56,321 nucleotides of DNA from Phoronis australis (taxonomy: Eukaryota > Animalia > Phoronida). This document shows positions 24,278 through 38,012 of this stretch, piece by piece (position 1 is the first letter of the stretch; each line of letters opens with the position of its first letter). The stretch is from contig NMRA01000626.1 of NCBI GenBank assembly GCA_002633005.1, forward strand, positions 12,308 to 68,628, given 5' to 3'. The translations under genes and the position numbers were made by a program. The notes under the pieces were generated by a model that made no database searches, was not told the DNA's origin, and saw nothing but the letters and a program-made list of their open reading frames with translations.

Positions 24278-24864
24278 TTAAAAGCTTTGTCACTAATGTT
24301 TTCCCAACGCTAACTTCAAGACAGGTTTCAAGCCCTTTGCTTTCGGCATCGATATTGTCGGCCCGCATCGAGTTCCTGACTGCATTGCAGTAGATCAAAC
24401 ACGCATTTGAAAAAATCATAATATTACAGCGATAATGCCTATCAATCCCATTTGATTTAAATGTAGGTGAAAGGCTCCCGTTTTTTGGAATTCCCACAAC
24501 TCAAAGGAAGGTGTCAAATCCTCCATATTTGGCGAAATACCCCCCGACTTTGAACATTCTTTCAGTTTTCTCAAATTGTAAGACAGAATGATCAAGGTAG
24601 TCGGAAGAACAAGTTGACAATATGCCTAACTGGGTTTCTACTGCCTCACGGTATCGGAATTCATAGGTTGGTAATAGATACGGCTACGCCACTGGATATT
24701 TTCGTAGCGTCTTGAAAAGAACAGCACGTAGCCTTGAAATGCGCCCATGAATCCACCGCAAACGGTGTGCTAGTTCTAAAAGTGTTTATTTGGAGCGTAC
24801 TATATAAAATGGCCACAAGATGACTGAAAATACGTCGAATCCATACGAAAACTGGTATTTGAAA

Positions 24865-25760
24865 TCAAAGCCATTTGTTAAATTTCACAAAAATCTATCA
24901 TGGAACATCTGAAAAACCGTGGAAAACAAAAATGAGATTGCCACAAAGAGCCTATAGGCGCAAAAAGATCAACTGCAAATAGTGGGTACTACAGTAAACG
25001 TGATTTTCAGATTAGCAACAATGAACCATCCTTAGAGTAGTTTGGTTGACAGAAGAGCAGACGACAAATAACAAGACTAAAAACAATAAAAAGGGCCAAT
25101 ACGTGGCCCAAAATACCACGAATCTAACCGAAAACTGGAGGATAGCGTCAGCTCACTAATAGATGCTAATTTGTCAATTTTTATGAAAATTCGAGGAGGA
25201 CCTTTGAAGATACATAGGTAAATTAAAGATAATTGCAATTGCCACTTGGGAGCACACCAGTAGTTTGATCCATCCAAAAATTGTCGTCGTTTGTTATCAA
25301 ATAAAAATAAATACACCTGCTAAATTTAATAAAAAATCCTGCAGAGGGCTTAGGAGATAAAGCGTAAAAACTGTCATACATAGTCGCCACAGTTGTTTAG
25401 GTCGTCGGAAAGTCATCGTAAGACCTCCTCTTCACATTAGGAACATAGGCATGTCAATTTTCCACAATCATCCATATAGTGGTTTGGTTGAAAGACAGGC
25501 AGATGCCAAAAACAGACTCGAAAACAGTAAGGCCACTAGATAGCGCAAAATGCCTCAAATTCAACCGAAAACCGGATGATACCGTTACCTCACTAATGGA
25601 TGCCTATCTGCCAAATTTTATGAAAATCCGTTGATGACCTTTGAAGATACTGACGTAAATTTAAAATAAAATGAAATTGCTACTAGGAGGCACACCGGCA
25701 ATCAGATCCGTCGAAATTCGTCGTCCTCTGTCGTCAACTTCATATAAATGCACCAGCCAA
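24865..25760 (-). mobile_element. Helentron/DINE-like tandem repeat units, reverse orientation relative to 18760-19510
   Basis: Reverse complements of the same unit motifs, e.g. acagactcgaaaacagtaa..ggccactag, ccaaattttatgaaaatccgtt, aaattgctactaggaggcacaccgg. Confidence 0.75.
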
Positions 25761-26002
25761 ATACAGCCACGAGTGCGTGACACGAGCGTATAGACCGGGA
25801 TCCCCGAGCTTTTCGGTCATGAAAAGGTAATCAATATTCTTTGGTGCCACAGACGTCTATGGGTATCCTCGTGCATGGAAATGGTCATCTCGCAGGTTCG
25901 CTCTAGTGGGTGTGGTAAGGGAAGCCAAGAGAATGACGCTCGAAAATTGAGCTAGATCAATTTTTCTGCTAACCACTTAAAACTGCCTTCGATACCTATT
26001 AA

Positions 26003-29000
26003 GAGAAACTGGCATGAGAACGTCAGGCAATTTGCAATATTATGGGAACATGACATGTCGCGAATTTCAAATTTGATATAGTATATATATCACTTGGGTT
26101 GAATTAGTTACAAAAATATAAAAATTAGTTTTGTATTTCGTCACTTTGTAAGTATATAACGAATAACTAAATCGGGTGAAAAAAGGGCCTAACCCCTTTG
26201 GCGCGACTGTTGAAAATGCCCTATGTTTCCATGGGAATTAAACCTTTTTGCGGGCGTTTAAAAATAAGAAAATGATTGAATTATACAAAACTATCTTTTT
26301 TGTAATTGAGAATGCCAAAAATATTTCAGAATGACGTATTTTGATATTTTTAAGGAACTTTTGAATGCCTTGCCTCCACGGGCCAAAACAGCTACCAATA
26401 TAGACCTCTATAGAGGCCTATGTAATTCAAGCGCGCAAAAACGCACACCACCCACACATGGGTTCTGTGATAGCTACAGCTCTCGTCATTGAAAAGATAT
26501 CCTTATTTCCGTGGACAGCACCATTTTTAATTCCCGAATTTACACTTTAGCGAAGGCACTTTCACCACTTTCAGCTGTTTCATACTGCCACCAATAGAAA
26601 AATATATGAAAAATATGAAAAATGTTATCTAAATTAGAATTAAATCGTAATAAAAAAAATCATATTAAATTTTATTCAAGATAACCAGAATTGCTTCGAG
26701 CGTTCTTTTAGCGAAATATTTTGTTATTGACATTTAGATAAGAAACGGAATGAGGTTCACGAAAAAAGGTCACGCTCTGAAGGAAAATAGCAAAGCCAGC
26801 GAGCCGCTGTGTTACTTAAAACAAATATATTGTCAAATATCCGAAAAGTGTCAACGCACTAGATCACTTGGAAAAATGGGAGTTGATTGGCAATTTGGCA
26901 CGAATGGTTGTATGAGAGACAAAGGAACTGGCCTGCCTGTTAGAACAAAAGATCATCTGTCCAAAGCACCGTGTGTGGCAGTATCCAGGTTGTAAGCCAA
27001 GTTGTACGTTTTCAGCCTCTTGAGTGCAAAGGGTGTTCACCACTCAATCCCAGGACTACGTCAACTTAACACCTTCTCATTTGAAGGTGAGCTACATAAC
27101 AATTGGGCTGTATACAATTACATAGAATATTTTTTTCTCAGAAATCTCACTGTGATTAGTAATATCATCTGAGAACTAGTTTCAGGTGTGTACGTGGTCT
27201 GAAACACAACTAAAATATTTGATGGAATGAAATATTCTTACATAGCTTGATTTTTAAAAAGGACTTGTGTTCCAGTGCTTACAACTAAGTTACCTACATG
27301 TATTTCAACAAGAAAAATGGTTGCTTGGAAAACATATGGGATCGGAGATGGAGTGGTTTTGGAGAATCCTGCTTCTGATTGCAAACCAGTGAAACTAGTG
27401 GTTGAGGAATGTCATGTTGCATCCTTTTTGAGACCTTTCACTACTTTCAGCAATCGGAAGACGAAGATATTCCTGTGTTTAAAAGATGTCTGTAACAATA
27501 CTTTTGCCTCTCAAAACGAACTCAAGCAGAAAGTTAGCAAGGGCTGGTATGATAAACAGCCAACAGCACTTGAAGATCATCGCTGATGTGGGGAGAAAGT
27601 GGGCTGCCAAAGTCTAGAAGGTGAAGTTCATGATCTAACAGCATGCTTGTTGAACTCAATTTGGCATCACAAATCCATAAGTTTGACGTTTAACCTTTGC
27701 TGTGCATTTTAGTCACTGACTGTTCCTAGTTGACTTAATAGTCAACATGTAAATACGCTGTGTGATGTTCTATATTACAACCCAACAAACACTGAAGCTG
27801 TTGTGGAGCATGCTACTCAACAGCTAGCCTATGCAGCCACGCCTTAGACGTTCCCACAAATTTTACAAATGAGATGACACAAGAAAGATTTAGGATGTCT
27901 TTGACTACCACTGGGCCCCTAGTGGCAACTTTACTTCTTCATGTTAGTCTCTTTATCTTGCAAGTTCCTTGACTGATTTTTATCAAATTTCGCAAATAAG
28001 TTTCAGTTATGAAGACAGCTACATTTTCCTACTTCCTGGCGTACCTACATGTATGTAATCCGTACAGAAATGTTGCCATTGAGATGAGCACGACTGACAA
28101 TGATTGTTGATTGGGAGATCTCCTATGGTGCCCTTTAGTGGCAGTGCTGTAGGGGTAAAATTAAAGGTAAGTAGGCGCCCAAAGCCCACCGTATCACCTT
28201 GAGCACTGAACGTAACTTATGGGGCGTAGGCACTACGTTCAAATGCCAAAAGGTGGTTGGTTGCGCCTACCCGTGCCTACAAGCGACAGGAGCACTGCTT
28301 AATGGCAATTTAGGTTTTCTTTATCTATGCCTCTATATTTACCAAGTTTCTTGGATGATGTATTTTCGTGCAATATGATATATTTGTTTCGGTTGAGGAA
28401 ACGAGAACAAACTGCTATTTTCGGCTGGATTTAAAATATTTTGTGCCACTAAAGAATATTATTTCCGGCAGCAGCTTCTCTGTCCTTGAAATTGCTTGCA
28501 GGATAGTTCTGAATTTTTGCTCATGTGTTCCTATTGAGATGATCACGACTGACAGGTTTTCTGATGGGTGCAATCACCAAGGCGCCCGGAGTGGCAATTT
28601 GTTTGTTTATCTGTACCGCAATATTTACAAAGTTGTGTTAATGAATCTGGGTGCAATATTATGTATGTGTTACATTATTGAGGAGAGTATGCCTGGCATA
28701 AATTTTAGGACGTCTGAGTGCTGTGGTGTCCTCTAGCGGTTCTGTGTCAACAAAATATTTTGATGTATGGAATTTGGAAAGAATGTGAAAGCGATTGTCT
28801 TGTTTCAGATAAATATAATGTATGCTGCACCACCTAGAGGTTTTCTGTTTTATAAATTACATATTATTTACATCCCTGAAAGCATACTGCCAGAGATGCA
28901 GTCTTCGGCACTTTCCGTCTTTCCTGTTTTTGTATGATGCTGACAAAAAATGCAGTGTGATGTAGAGGATGGTTTCATTTTTACTTCTTTTGATTAAAGA

Positions 29001-30734
29001 TCTCGATACCCGAAACTTAACGTTCACAACCAGCTTTAACACCCACACTTGTATAATACACATATGCACTATAATCAATTTACAGGTGGGAAACTAAAGT
29101 GCCCTATACATAGCTCGATGTCAACCATGACCAAAGGCTGCGTTGTATAAATTTCCTGTGTAATAAATACGCAATGATGTGTTTTTCTATGTGTTGCAAG
29201 TCAGAGCTTCCATGAGTATTAGATAATAAAACACTTAAGTTCTCTATACCTTACGTAAAATAATTTGATATTTTCGTAGTCTGTCTGTATTTCAAATTCA
29301 TAGCACCACTGCAATTGCCCCTTTTGAAATTCTGTATCTGCTAGTGGTTTACATCTGTTGCCCAGATTAACCAATGATATGTAGCCCTATGAAGTATTTT
29401 ATGTACATCTCGAATTCATAATGTGTTAGGGATGTTCTATAATTACGGTTCGAATCTTCTGGTCCATTCTCATCTGAACCTGCAATGCTTCGTCGAATCT
29501 ACGTTGCAATCGTCATCACTAAAATGGAAGTCCCGGTGATAATTGTAAATACAACTGGCTGAATCGTTGCTTCAAGAACTGTTGAGTGGAGGTTTGCGAA
29601 AACACTCCTATAGAAATAGCAATAGCCAATATGCATTTTCCGTGCATTGAATAGTTAGCCAAAAATGTAGGATTTCTCAAAGTTACACGCTTGGGCGCGC
29701 CCTAAAATATTGACTTTGCACTGCGTAATGAGTAAACTTGCTCAACAGAAGGTACATGTATACCGGTGCGCCATCTGATGAGCAGCACAAAAAATACTAC
29801 CCGGATGATTTTCACCTTTAGAGGATCAGTGCTTCCCGTGGGTCTTCGGTACTTAAAAGGTATGGTTAGCAATAACCATTCAATCAAGTATGGTTTTTGG
29901 CTTGTCTCGTGTTAATATACGTTCCTATTGTTTTCGGAAGCACTTAGCGTTACTGGACGTCAAGCAGACATTACAGGACTGACCGTTTTTAGGCCGTATT
30001 TTCAGCTTTAATTGTAAAGTTCTGAGCACTAGCCGCAAGAATTTTAATGTAATTCCGATTTCGAGCTTTGAAAAATCTTAACGATCTTGTTGACATCGTT
30101 TTTTGTTACTCAAAAATGTTTAGAACTTTGTTGGTTTGTTAATTGGAGTGTGACAGTAATGGCGAACAGGACGACCGATATCAGCGAAGTGGGTGGTTTC
30201 AATCAAAGCATGCAGGACACACAGGTCGCTGTCCACAAATGTTTTAATAGATATGTACTCTACAAAGGCTTAGCTTTCACATGTAGTGTGTTACATTTCT
30301 GAGTGTTTTTGCGCGGTAAAAGAAATAACGATCGAATAAAGGGCATTTCCATCAGTTACACAGCTCGACTCAGGTGGGTTGAATAAGTAACAAAAATAGC
30401 TAATTTGCGAATTCGTTTCAACTATGAGTTTTACATTTTCATGTAGACAGAGGTAGTGTTTATTCAGTATGTCATTCTTAGATTCTGTTATTTTGTCGTT
30501 GTTGCACAGTGATGCAACAAAAATGCTAAAATTTGATGGTTTCCGAAGCCATAAACTAGCCAAAAATTTCGAGGGGGCAGTTTTCTGTGAAGAAGTTAGA
30601 TATTTTAAATAAAATTATTTTAGGTCTTGACCATTCCACCTACAGTCGGTAAGAGTAAAAATAAGCTATATTTCAAAAAAAAAACTCGACATGTTATGTT
30701 CCCGCATCTGCCTAACTTTCTGATGCAGTGACTC
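26003..30734 (+). mobile_element. Decayed Sola3-like DNA transposon, 4.7 kb, TTAA TSD, GAG termini, with nested repeats
   Basis: TTAA|GAGAAACTGGCATGAGAACGTCAGGC...GGGAACATGACATGTCG on the left and, reverse-complemented, TTAA|GAGTCACTGCATCAGAAAGTTAGGC...GGGAACATAACATGTCG on the right. Internal coding remnants ICPKHR (about 26955) and VAWKTYGIGDG...IFLCLKDVCNNTF...KGW (27315-27550), recalled as Sola3 transposase motifs. Confidence 0.7.
27885..28850 (+). mobile_element. Helentron/DINE-like repeat units nested in the Sola3-like element
   Basis: gcccctagtggcaa units. 28505-28850 is colinear with 41430-41812. Confidence 0.7.
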
Positions 30735-30769
30735 TTAAGTAATCCACTGTATCAAAATTGGTAACTGTC

Positions 30770-31503
30770 AGACAATTTGAGTGGTGGGGAGTATCGGCCA
30801 GGCGATTATAAACACGGTAAAAATTGAACTAGATCAATTCAAGAGGTAACCGCATGAAACCAGTTGCAAAATATTCACTGTGCAGATCCCAGGTACCGCG
30901 AAGAAACACCGCCAGACAAATCTAGTGGTGGGTTATTCCCGCCAGACACGCCCAAATACCCGAGTTGACCTAGATCAACCCACCAGGTAACCGCTTCAAA
31001 CAATTTGCACGATGTTCAGCATCACTGCTCATGGCACAGCAGTTGGATGCCAGACAATGTCAGTGGTGGGGTGCCCCTGCCAGATGATTATCAAAGAGTT
31101 AAAAATTGAGCTAAGTCAACCCAAGAAGTAACCGCATAAAACTAGTTGCAAAATATTCATCAGGTATCACGAAAAAACACCGCCAGAAAAACCTAGCGGT
31201 GAGTTATCCCCGGCTTACGGTGAATATTTTGCAACTGGTTTTGGTTTCACGTTGTTACCTCTTGGGTTGATCTAGCTAAACTCAGGTATTTGGTCATATC
31301 TGGCGGGGCTAACCCACCACTATATTTTCCTGGCAGTGTAAATTCTTGATGGCTTGGGCTTTCGGTGAATATTCTGCAAGTAGTTTCATGCGGTTACCCC
31401 GTGCAATTGATTTCAAACGGTTACCTGGTGGGTTGACCTACATGTAGCTCAACTCGTGTATTTGGGCGTGTCTGTTGGGAACAACCCACCACTAGATTTG
31501 TCT
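30770..31503. repeat. Minisatellite array (about 130-140-bp units) with an internal inversion near 31215
   Basis: Units gtggtggg...gccaga...ttga(a/c/g)cta(ga)tcaa...taaccgc...ttgca...tattca run forward to about 31215 and as reverse complements afterwards. One more unit lies at about 25905-25998, on the far side of the Sola3-like insertion. Confidence 0.8.
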
Positions 31504-31557
31504 GTGCTTCAAACAAATATGTTGCTCTGGCCTTGTAACCAGGATCCTAGTAGCTCA

Positions 31558-33475
31558 GGGACCGGTTCCCACAAAAATGACTTAGCTAAGACAAATCTTA
31601 AAGTTTAGTAAATTTTAAAATAAAAGTTAAATTTTTCTCAAAACCAATTCAAGAAAGAGATCTTAAAATTGACTAAAAAGGAACTGTATTTTATTCAGAA
31701 CAAATTCTGGATAGTTTTCTATGAATTGCTGATTAATTTCACAAAAAATTCAACAACAAAATGTAAAGTTATAATCTCTAACGAAACTAAAAAAAAATTA
31801 CCGGCTTCGAGCGCTGCGTCTCGTGACGTACATGTACATGTACATGTATTTGGCGGGAGCAAAGTCACTGTCCCGTGTTAGCGTGTAGTCAAGTTGCGTT
31901 TTTCATATTGTAGTTAATAAGAAATTTTAGTGCGAAATGTCGGGTCACCAGGTATAACTGTTTGAGCCGAGGCAACACAAAGTGATACCCAGTCATCGTC
32001 ATCGTCAGACGAAAATTTGCCGGTGCAACCAGTCCGTATCAACAATTTACACTGGTGTGACTGTGCCGTCGGCAATGTGGACTCTAGCCAGCAAGACAGC
32101 CAGCCCCATACCCAACTCTGTAAACTTGAAGGGTTGGTAAGTTACCGACTATAGCTGTATGAAGACTATCGTACCACTGTGTGTTGAGCTCCGTTAACCT
32201 CGAAATGTCAGACAGCCGTTGACTACCCGGGTATACATGTAGTTGACTTATGCTCGTCAACTCGTCGTAAAACTTAGGCTACATCAACAAACGTACCGGC
32301 GGGGGTGCATGCAAAGTCTGGTATACACCGACACTCACATTGTTCGTTCCAGCCGTTTAAGTGGAAAACAATCAAATAAACGTCATCTGGTAGCATAATT
32401 TGCCGCCTTTTGTAACAAAGAAGTGTCGTCCGTTTCAAAAACAGCAAGCTCGTGACACCCGGCGGCGCACGCGCCGTTTCCTAAAATTTGAGGCGTCTTT
32501 CGGCTCGGACATGATGTCAGCTTTGCAGCTCCAAGATTGTTCTGAAATTCGATTTGCTGGTATAAAAATACTAAAAACTTGTAACAAAATGAAACAAGTT
32601 CCGATAATTTGTTGTAACATGCATGTAACCTATCTACCGGTAGCGTAGAACACTTAATAAAAGAATCGGGGGAAAAGAAACTGGTAGAGGTCAGGTGACG
32701 TATTCGCAAAAAGCCGACTCAAGAGAACACATCACAATTTTAGAACCAGCCGACGAACGATCGCTAACTTTTCCAACTCCGGTAAATACTGAAGTTAGTT
32801 TACTCTAGGAACCTGGATAATAGGTTTACTCAAGGATGAAATTAGTTTCAATGGCAATAATTTTGAGTCAGATTTTGTTTGTCCATTTTTTACCCATGTC
32901 GGCTCAAACCTGTAGGCCTATATTTAGTAAACAGCTTTGGGCCAAGGCTTGGGTAACCCGGCGATGGTATGCGATGACCATCCCTTTAGAAGACACCTTT
33001 TTCGAAGAGTTTGAGCAACCCGGTGCCATACAGCCATACAAAAAGGGATAGCGAACCTTTTACAACACTGTGACAAACAACAAAAATAAGGACGATTGAT
33101 ACAAGGATAAATTACCATGTAAACTCTTCAAAATACGACATAAGCAATGAATGTGTAAAGCAGCCGATACCCCGCCATTCACGTCACTGGCACATCAGTC
33201 AATTGGCGATCGCTTTCAGGATATAGTGTTTTGACCATGAATACGAATCGGCTTTTGTTTGGCACGAAAGTCAGGCAAATGTGAGTTTTGTTTGTATGTT
33301 AAAACCGAGTAACTGCAACATTATTTTGACTACAGTCCCCTTTTAAGTGTTTGGCATACGTTTTGTCTTAATTTTGACTAACTTACCGATTTTGGATGTT
33401 TCAAAGTTTGGAAGTTAAGACAAATCTTTAGCTTAAATCAAAAATGAACTTTAGTCAGTTTCTTGGAACAGGCCC
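31558..33475. mobile_element. Possible Harbinger-like MITE with imperfect TIRs, containing other debris
   Basis: GGGACCGGTTCCCACAAAAATGACTTAG versus reverse complement GGGCCTGTTCCAAGAAACTGACTAAAG. taagacaaatctt occurs near both ends. TSD unclear. Confidence 0.5.
31937..32080 (+). pseudogene. Short KolX-like remnant
   Basis: LFEPR, an acidic SSSDE tract and PVRINNLHWCDC in shifted frames, same motif order as 47260-47568. Confidence 0.45.
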
Positions 33476-36400
33476 ATGGACTAATTTTCTGATGGTGATT
33501 ATATGGCAGACGGCAACTTTTAATTAGGCGCCAGTTCATAGTTTCTCCGAGTTATTGCAAGAGCCGCTATTTGCACACGAGCCGCACTGTTCACTTAACG
33601 CTAAAAGGCATTGGGCTAAACGTAAATGCAATATCGTTAGCTAAAGCAACACTCACCTGTTAGGAACACACTCAAGACAAAATGAATAGGCCTGCATTTA
33701 TACGGCGATGTCATTTTGTTTCATCTGTGCATCCAGCAATACGGTTTCCTTATTAAAAAATTAGTGTATCCTGGCGTGCACACACGAGTCTAAGATTCTG
33801 CTGAACTGAACGTGCACCGCGCGTGCATTTGCAACGCGTGGTATAGAACTATTAAACGCACTATTTCCGTAGAAACCACGTGCCATTCAGATACATGAAA
33901 CACACTTTGTCAATATGACGGCATATTGGAGAGTGCTACACAGGACAAAAATGGCGGAAAACACTGGGAGCGCTACGGCATCAGTCAGGAAATGCAGGGG
34001 CTCGCAGTGTTACGCCTGCAACCAAAGAGTTAAGTTTTTTAGTCCTGTCATCATGGGTTTTTTGGTTCGACCATGGAGTTTAGTGGTGCTGCAACTAGGT
34101 TTTTTTGTTCTGCCACCACAGTTTAAGCGGATCGACATGAGATTCGCAGAAAACACAGCGTGAGGGTCTTATTTATGAATCAATCACATTTGCCGATAGC
34201 ACATAACATAGATAAGATTTTGTTGAAAATGTGGCCAAGTTTCAGCAAAATTGGGAAAAAATATGTTTAACATGGTATGGCCAAAGTTTCGGCTTATTTT
34301 GTCGCTTCGATCAGTGGAATCGCCGCTAAAAACCCGAAAGTGCATTTGAGAAAACGATTATTTTTGACCAAGCCTTTCATGTACGGTTAGTTGCCGATAA
34401 ACCCAACAGATGTCAGTATAATCAAGATTGAAATGTAGGAGTTTGAAGAAAATTTGACAAAATTTTGTATTTAACATGGGGTGGCCGAAAATTGCCAATT
34501 TTGGCCTTTTGATATCAGTTGATTATCATAGACTATCATTTAGTGGGTCTAGTTAATTCGAAGTTTTTGGTTAAATCACTGATAATATTCACACCAGTAT
34601 ACTAATAAACGTTTTGTCTATATATAACAGTTTGATTCAAATGCTCTAAGTAGTGCGTACAACAGGGATTGGCCCTTGAGCTGCCCTGCCCATAGTATGG
34701 GAGCTAATCAGCTCTAAACCAAAGTAGCAATGTGCAGAAAACTCTAGTCACCTGAGGTGTTTACGATCCACTTCAGAGAAAAAATACCTCTTTGCACCTA
34801 ACAATAATTTGTATCCGAGTACTTCGGGCATGGTTTAAAATTGAAAGTTGTCATTACAAGTTGAATTTATGAGAATTGTATTGTTGCATTGAGAACTGAA
34901 AACTAGTCGATTGAGGTAGTGCCAGATAAGGCAACGTGTAAGGACAGCTTTGATTTGCTTACGAGTGGTGACTCATGATATTGGCCTGACATCTGTAATA
35001 ATATGTTTTGTCTTTCCTTTTTAACGGAATACATTTGAACTTTGGTAATTTTGGGTTACTAAATGTAGAACAACCTTCCTGGTGCTTCTCTCCAGTAGAC
35101 ACGCGGAGAGTGAAGCGCTAACTGGTCCATAAGCGATGACCTAGTTTACGCAGAGAACCTGGCGGATGACCTGGTTTACGAATTGCTGGTAATGAGCCAC
35201 TTCATCATCATTTATATAATCATTATTGTCATCAAAAGTTGTTTTTTGACTGAGAAACCGTGTTCACACAGTCTGGACAGTCACACAACATAGAAAATGC
35301 AATGCTTGACTACAAACAAGAGCACATTTTTTACTACAACCACTCCTATTACACTTGCCATTAACAATTTTCATGGCATTTTCTGAGGCTAAAGGCAGAG
35401 ACATCAAGTGGAGCATCAGACTATCCCGCTCCAAAAGCCACCCATTAACAACAGGAGATGGTGCACTGACATGCTATTGCAAGGCTCGTTTGTGAATGAC
35501 ACACTGGTAGTTTTCTCTTTTAGCACGTAACAGCAAGCAATCATGATGAGGAGGCAGATCACAGATTTTAACCTGAATTTGTGGTAGCGTGCTTTATTAA
35601 CAATTGATGACTCGCCGTACAGACGGTTCAATGTCTTCCATGAGTTAACCAGGAAACACAAATTTGAGCCCAATTTAATGGCAAAGACAAAGTTAAAAAA
35701 GTATCTGCAAGACTGAACTTTACCCAAAATTAAAAAAAAATTGACAGCCTGAATACCGTTTCATTTAAACACAGTAATCCTATTTAACTAAAATAGATAA
35801 CCAAAATAATTTTCACTTTAGCACACAGTATGGCCAACAACTGAAATAAAATTCCATTTTGTCTAAGTGCTCAGCAAAAATAAGTATTACGAGAAATGAG
35901 CATCATTACTAGAATCGATTGCACTATGCAGCTGCCTTAAAACAATGTTGGTAGTTTATTTTGTTTGAAATTGAAAAGCGTCTTTTTTACCGTAGAGCTA
36001 AAATTTCATTTGACATTTCCTTTTTTAAATAGCACATATTGGAAAAGTAAAAATTTTCCTTTGCTAAAAACTCCAATTCACGAATCTTCAAAATGTGAGA
36101 TATTGAAATCTGCACAACAATTGAATTTTCAAGATAAATAAATTACAGAACAAGTCAGGCAATATTTCCATTTTTATGTTTCTCAAAATTCAAAACACTG
36201 CTCATGATTTTACTTATAATGATCACAGAATTGGCTTAGAAGTTCATAAAAAGGTGTGCTGATCACTCAAATGTTGGTAAAAACTACTGCCAGTAGGCCT
36301 AAATTTGAGATTGAGAGCACTGTTACTACAAATTTATCAAACAAAATAATTTCTGTTCTGTGACCTAAACTAAAGATTATTAAACATAAATGACACTTTT

Positions 36401-37950
36401 TCAAATTACGAATAGGTAGGTGTATTTACAATTGAATGTTTGGAACTTGGATAGGTTGGTTTGTGAAGTTCCCTGTGACGAAATTTCATTGGTGGCAAAT
36501 GGTTTATTGTGGTGGCAAGACATACACTGTATATACTGATAATATTTCTTTGAGCACTGTTAAACGTAAATGTAAGTGACAGTGACAATCTCATTAATTT
36601 TCTAGTGAGCTCAACATTATTTCCATCATCAGCTTTGTCTTTTTCTTTTTAGGTGATTTTTCATTTTTGTGACATCCGTTAAGTGTCTGTAACACTGCTT
36701 GTGATAGAAGCTTACACGAACCAAGCCTAAAATGGAGGGCTCGAGTTTTTAAGAATGTGGACATTTATTAAGATTCACGGATTAATTCAGAGCTACGAAT
36801 TGTACGTTCTGCGTGAACTTTTGTCTCATTTTCTAATTTTTTGGAGTTTTTGTTTCTCTGAGGCAACCATTTTTACCCACCTTACCAAGTGGGGGAGGCT
36901 CGTTCAAGCTCCCGAGCATCCCACCCCTGGATATGCGCATGACAGGAGCTCTGTTTTTTTCACAAACACTTAAAAACTTATCAGCAATGATACTTCTCTT
37001 GCACTCAATGTTGATACGTTTGTTTGCATTAGCCTTACACCAGTTAATATCTGAAAATTCCAGTTCAGAAATTTGAACAGAAGCTGACATATGAATGCAA
37101 CAAGGGGCGGACATCTTGCCAGTCAATTGTGAAGTCACACACTCGTTGAATAATTCTTGGTTTTAGTAGAAACCTAGCTATCCTAAACCTGTTCTTTAAG
37201 AAACACAAAATGATTCAGGAATGTGCCAAGAATTGTTTTAGTACGATGACATTCGTGGCAGCTTGATTTGGCTTTCCTCAATTCCTAACTACTGCCTGCT
37301 GGTTTTTGAGCCTTGGTCCTTGGTAATTGCCCATTATTTGCACACTTATCTAAGAATTAATACTATCCAATGTAGTCAGTAGCAGTAAACAAGCTAGCTA
37401 AATCAGCAGGATAACATCAGCTGGCTGTCCTCTGATGAAGATTTTCGTGCCAAGCAGAAGACTTTAAAAGGGCAAAGGTATAGACACAATATTTTCCTGG
37501 TATTTGATTGGCTTTTCGGATCATCTTGCACAGACCTGGTGGCTAACATATTAGTTGATGTTATACTCTATTTTCCCAACTTTTAAATTAAAATTCTTAC
37601 TAAACGTGCATGTAGGCCTATATTCTTGGGAACTTTTTGAAATTGACTTTTGAACATCTGTATGTAGGTTGAATGCAAAGTTCCCGTTGCTCCCAGAATG
37701 TGGTCACGGAGGTGAAAGATACTGTAGGAGAGCTGGGACTATGGCCTATTCTTTGCTTTTATACTGTGGCGTTCTCCCGTTGAGTCTTGTCTTAAAAGAT
37801 GTATGTCACAACAAGTTGGGCGGATGACCACTGTAGCCAATATCTTACACTGGCGACTGATTAGGTTCATTCTGGCAATTAGGGTTGGGTCGGCTCTCTT
37901 TTGTTTGGTATAGTACATGTATACTGTACTATCATATTTTGAGTTAAATC

Positions 37951-38012
37951 GTGGTGGTGCAGTGGTAAAGCACGTGCGTTTTACACGCAAGGTCGTGAGT
38001 TCGAGTCTGTGG
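37951..38012 (+). repeat. tRNA-derived sequence (SINE head or tRNA pseudogene)
   Basis: A-box-like TGGTGCAGTGG, TGCGT/ACGCA stem, B-box-like GAGTTCGAGTC. No paired acceptor stem. Confidence 0.55.

Noticed and set aside
30770-31503. CRISPR-like repeat-spacer array
   Set aside because: Units are homologous along their whole length with no unique spacers, there are no cas genes, and the context is eukaryotic.
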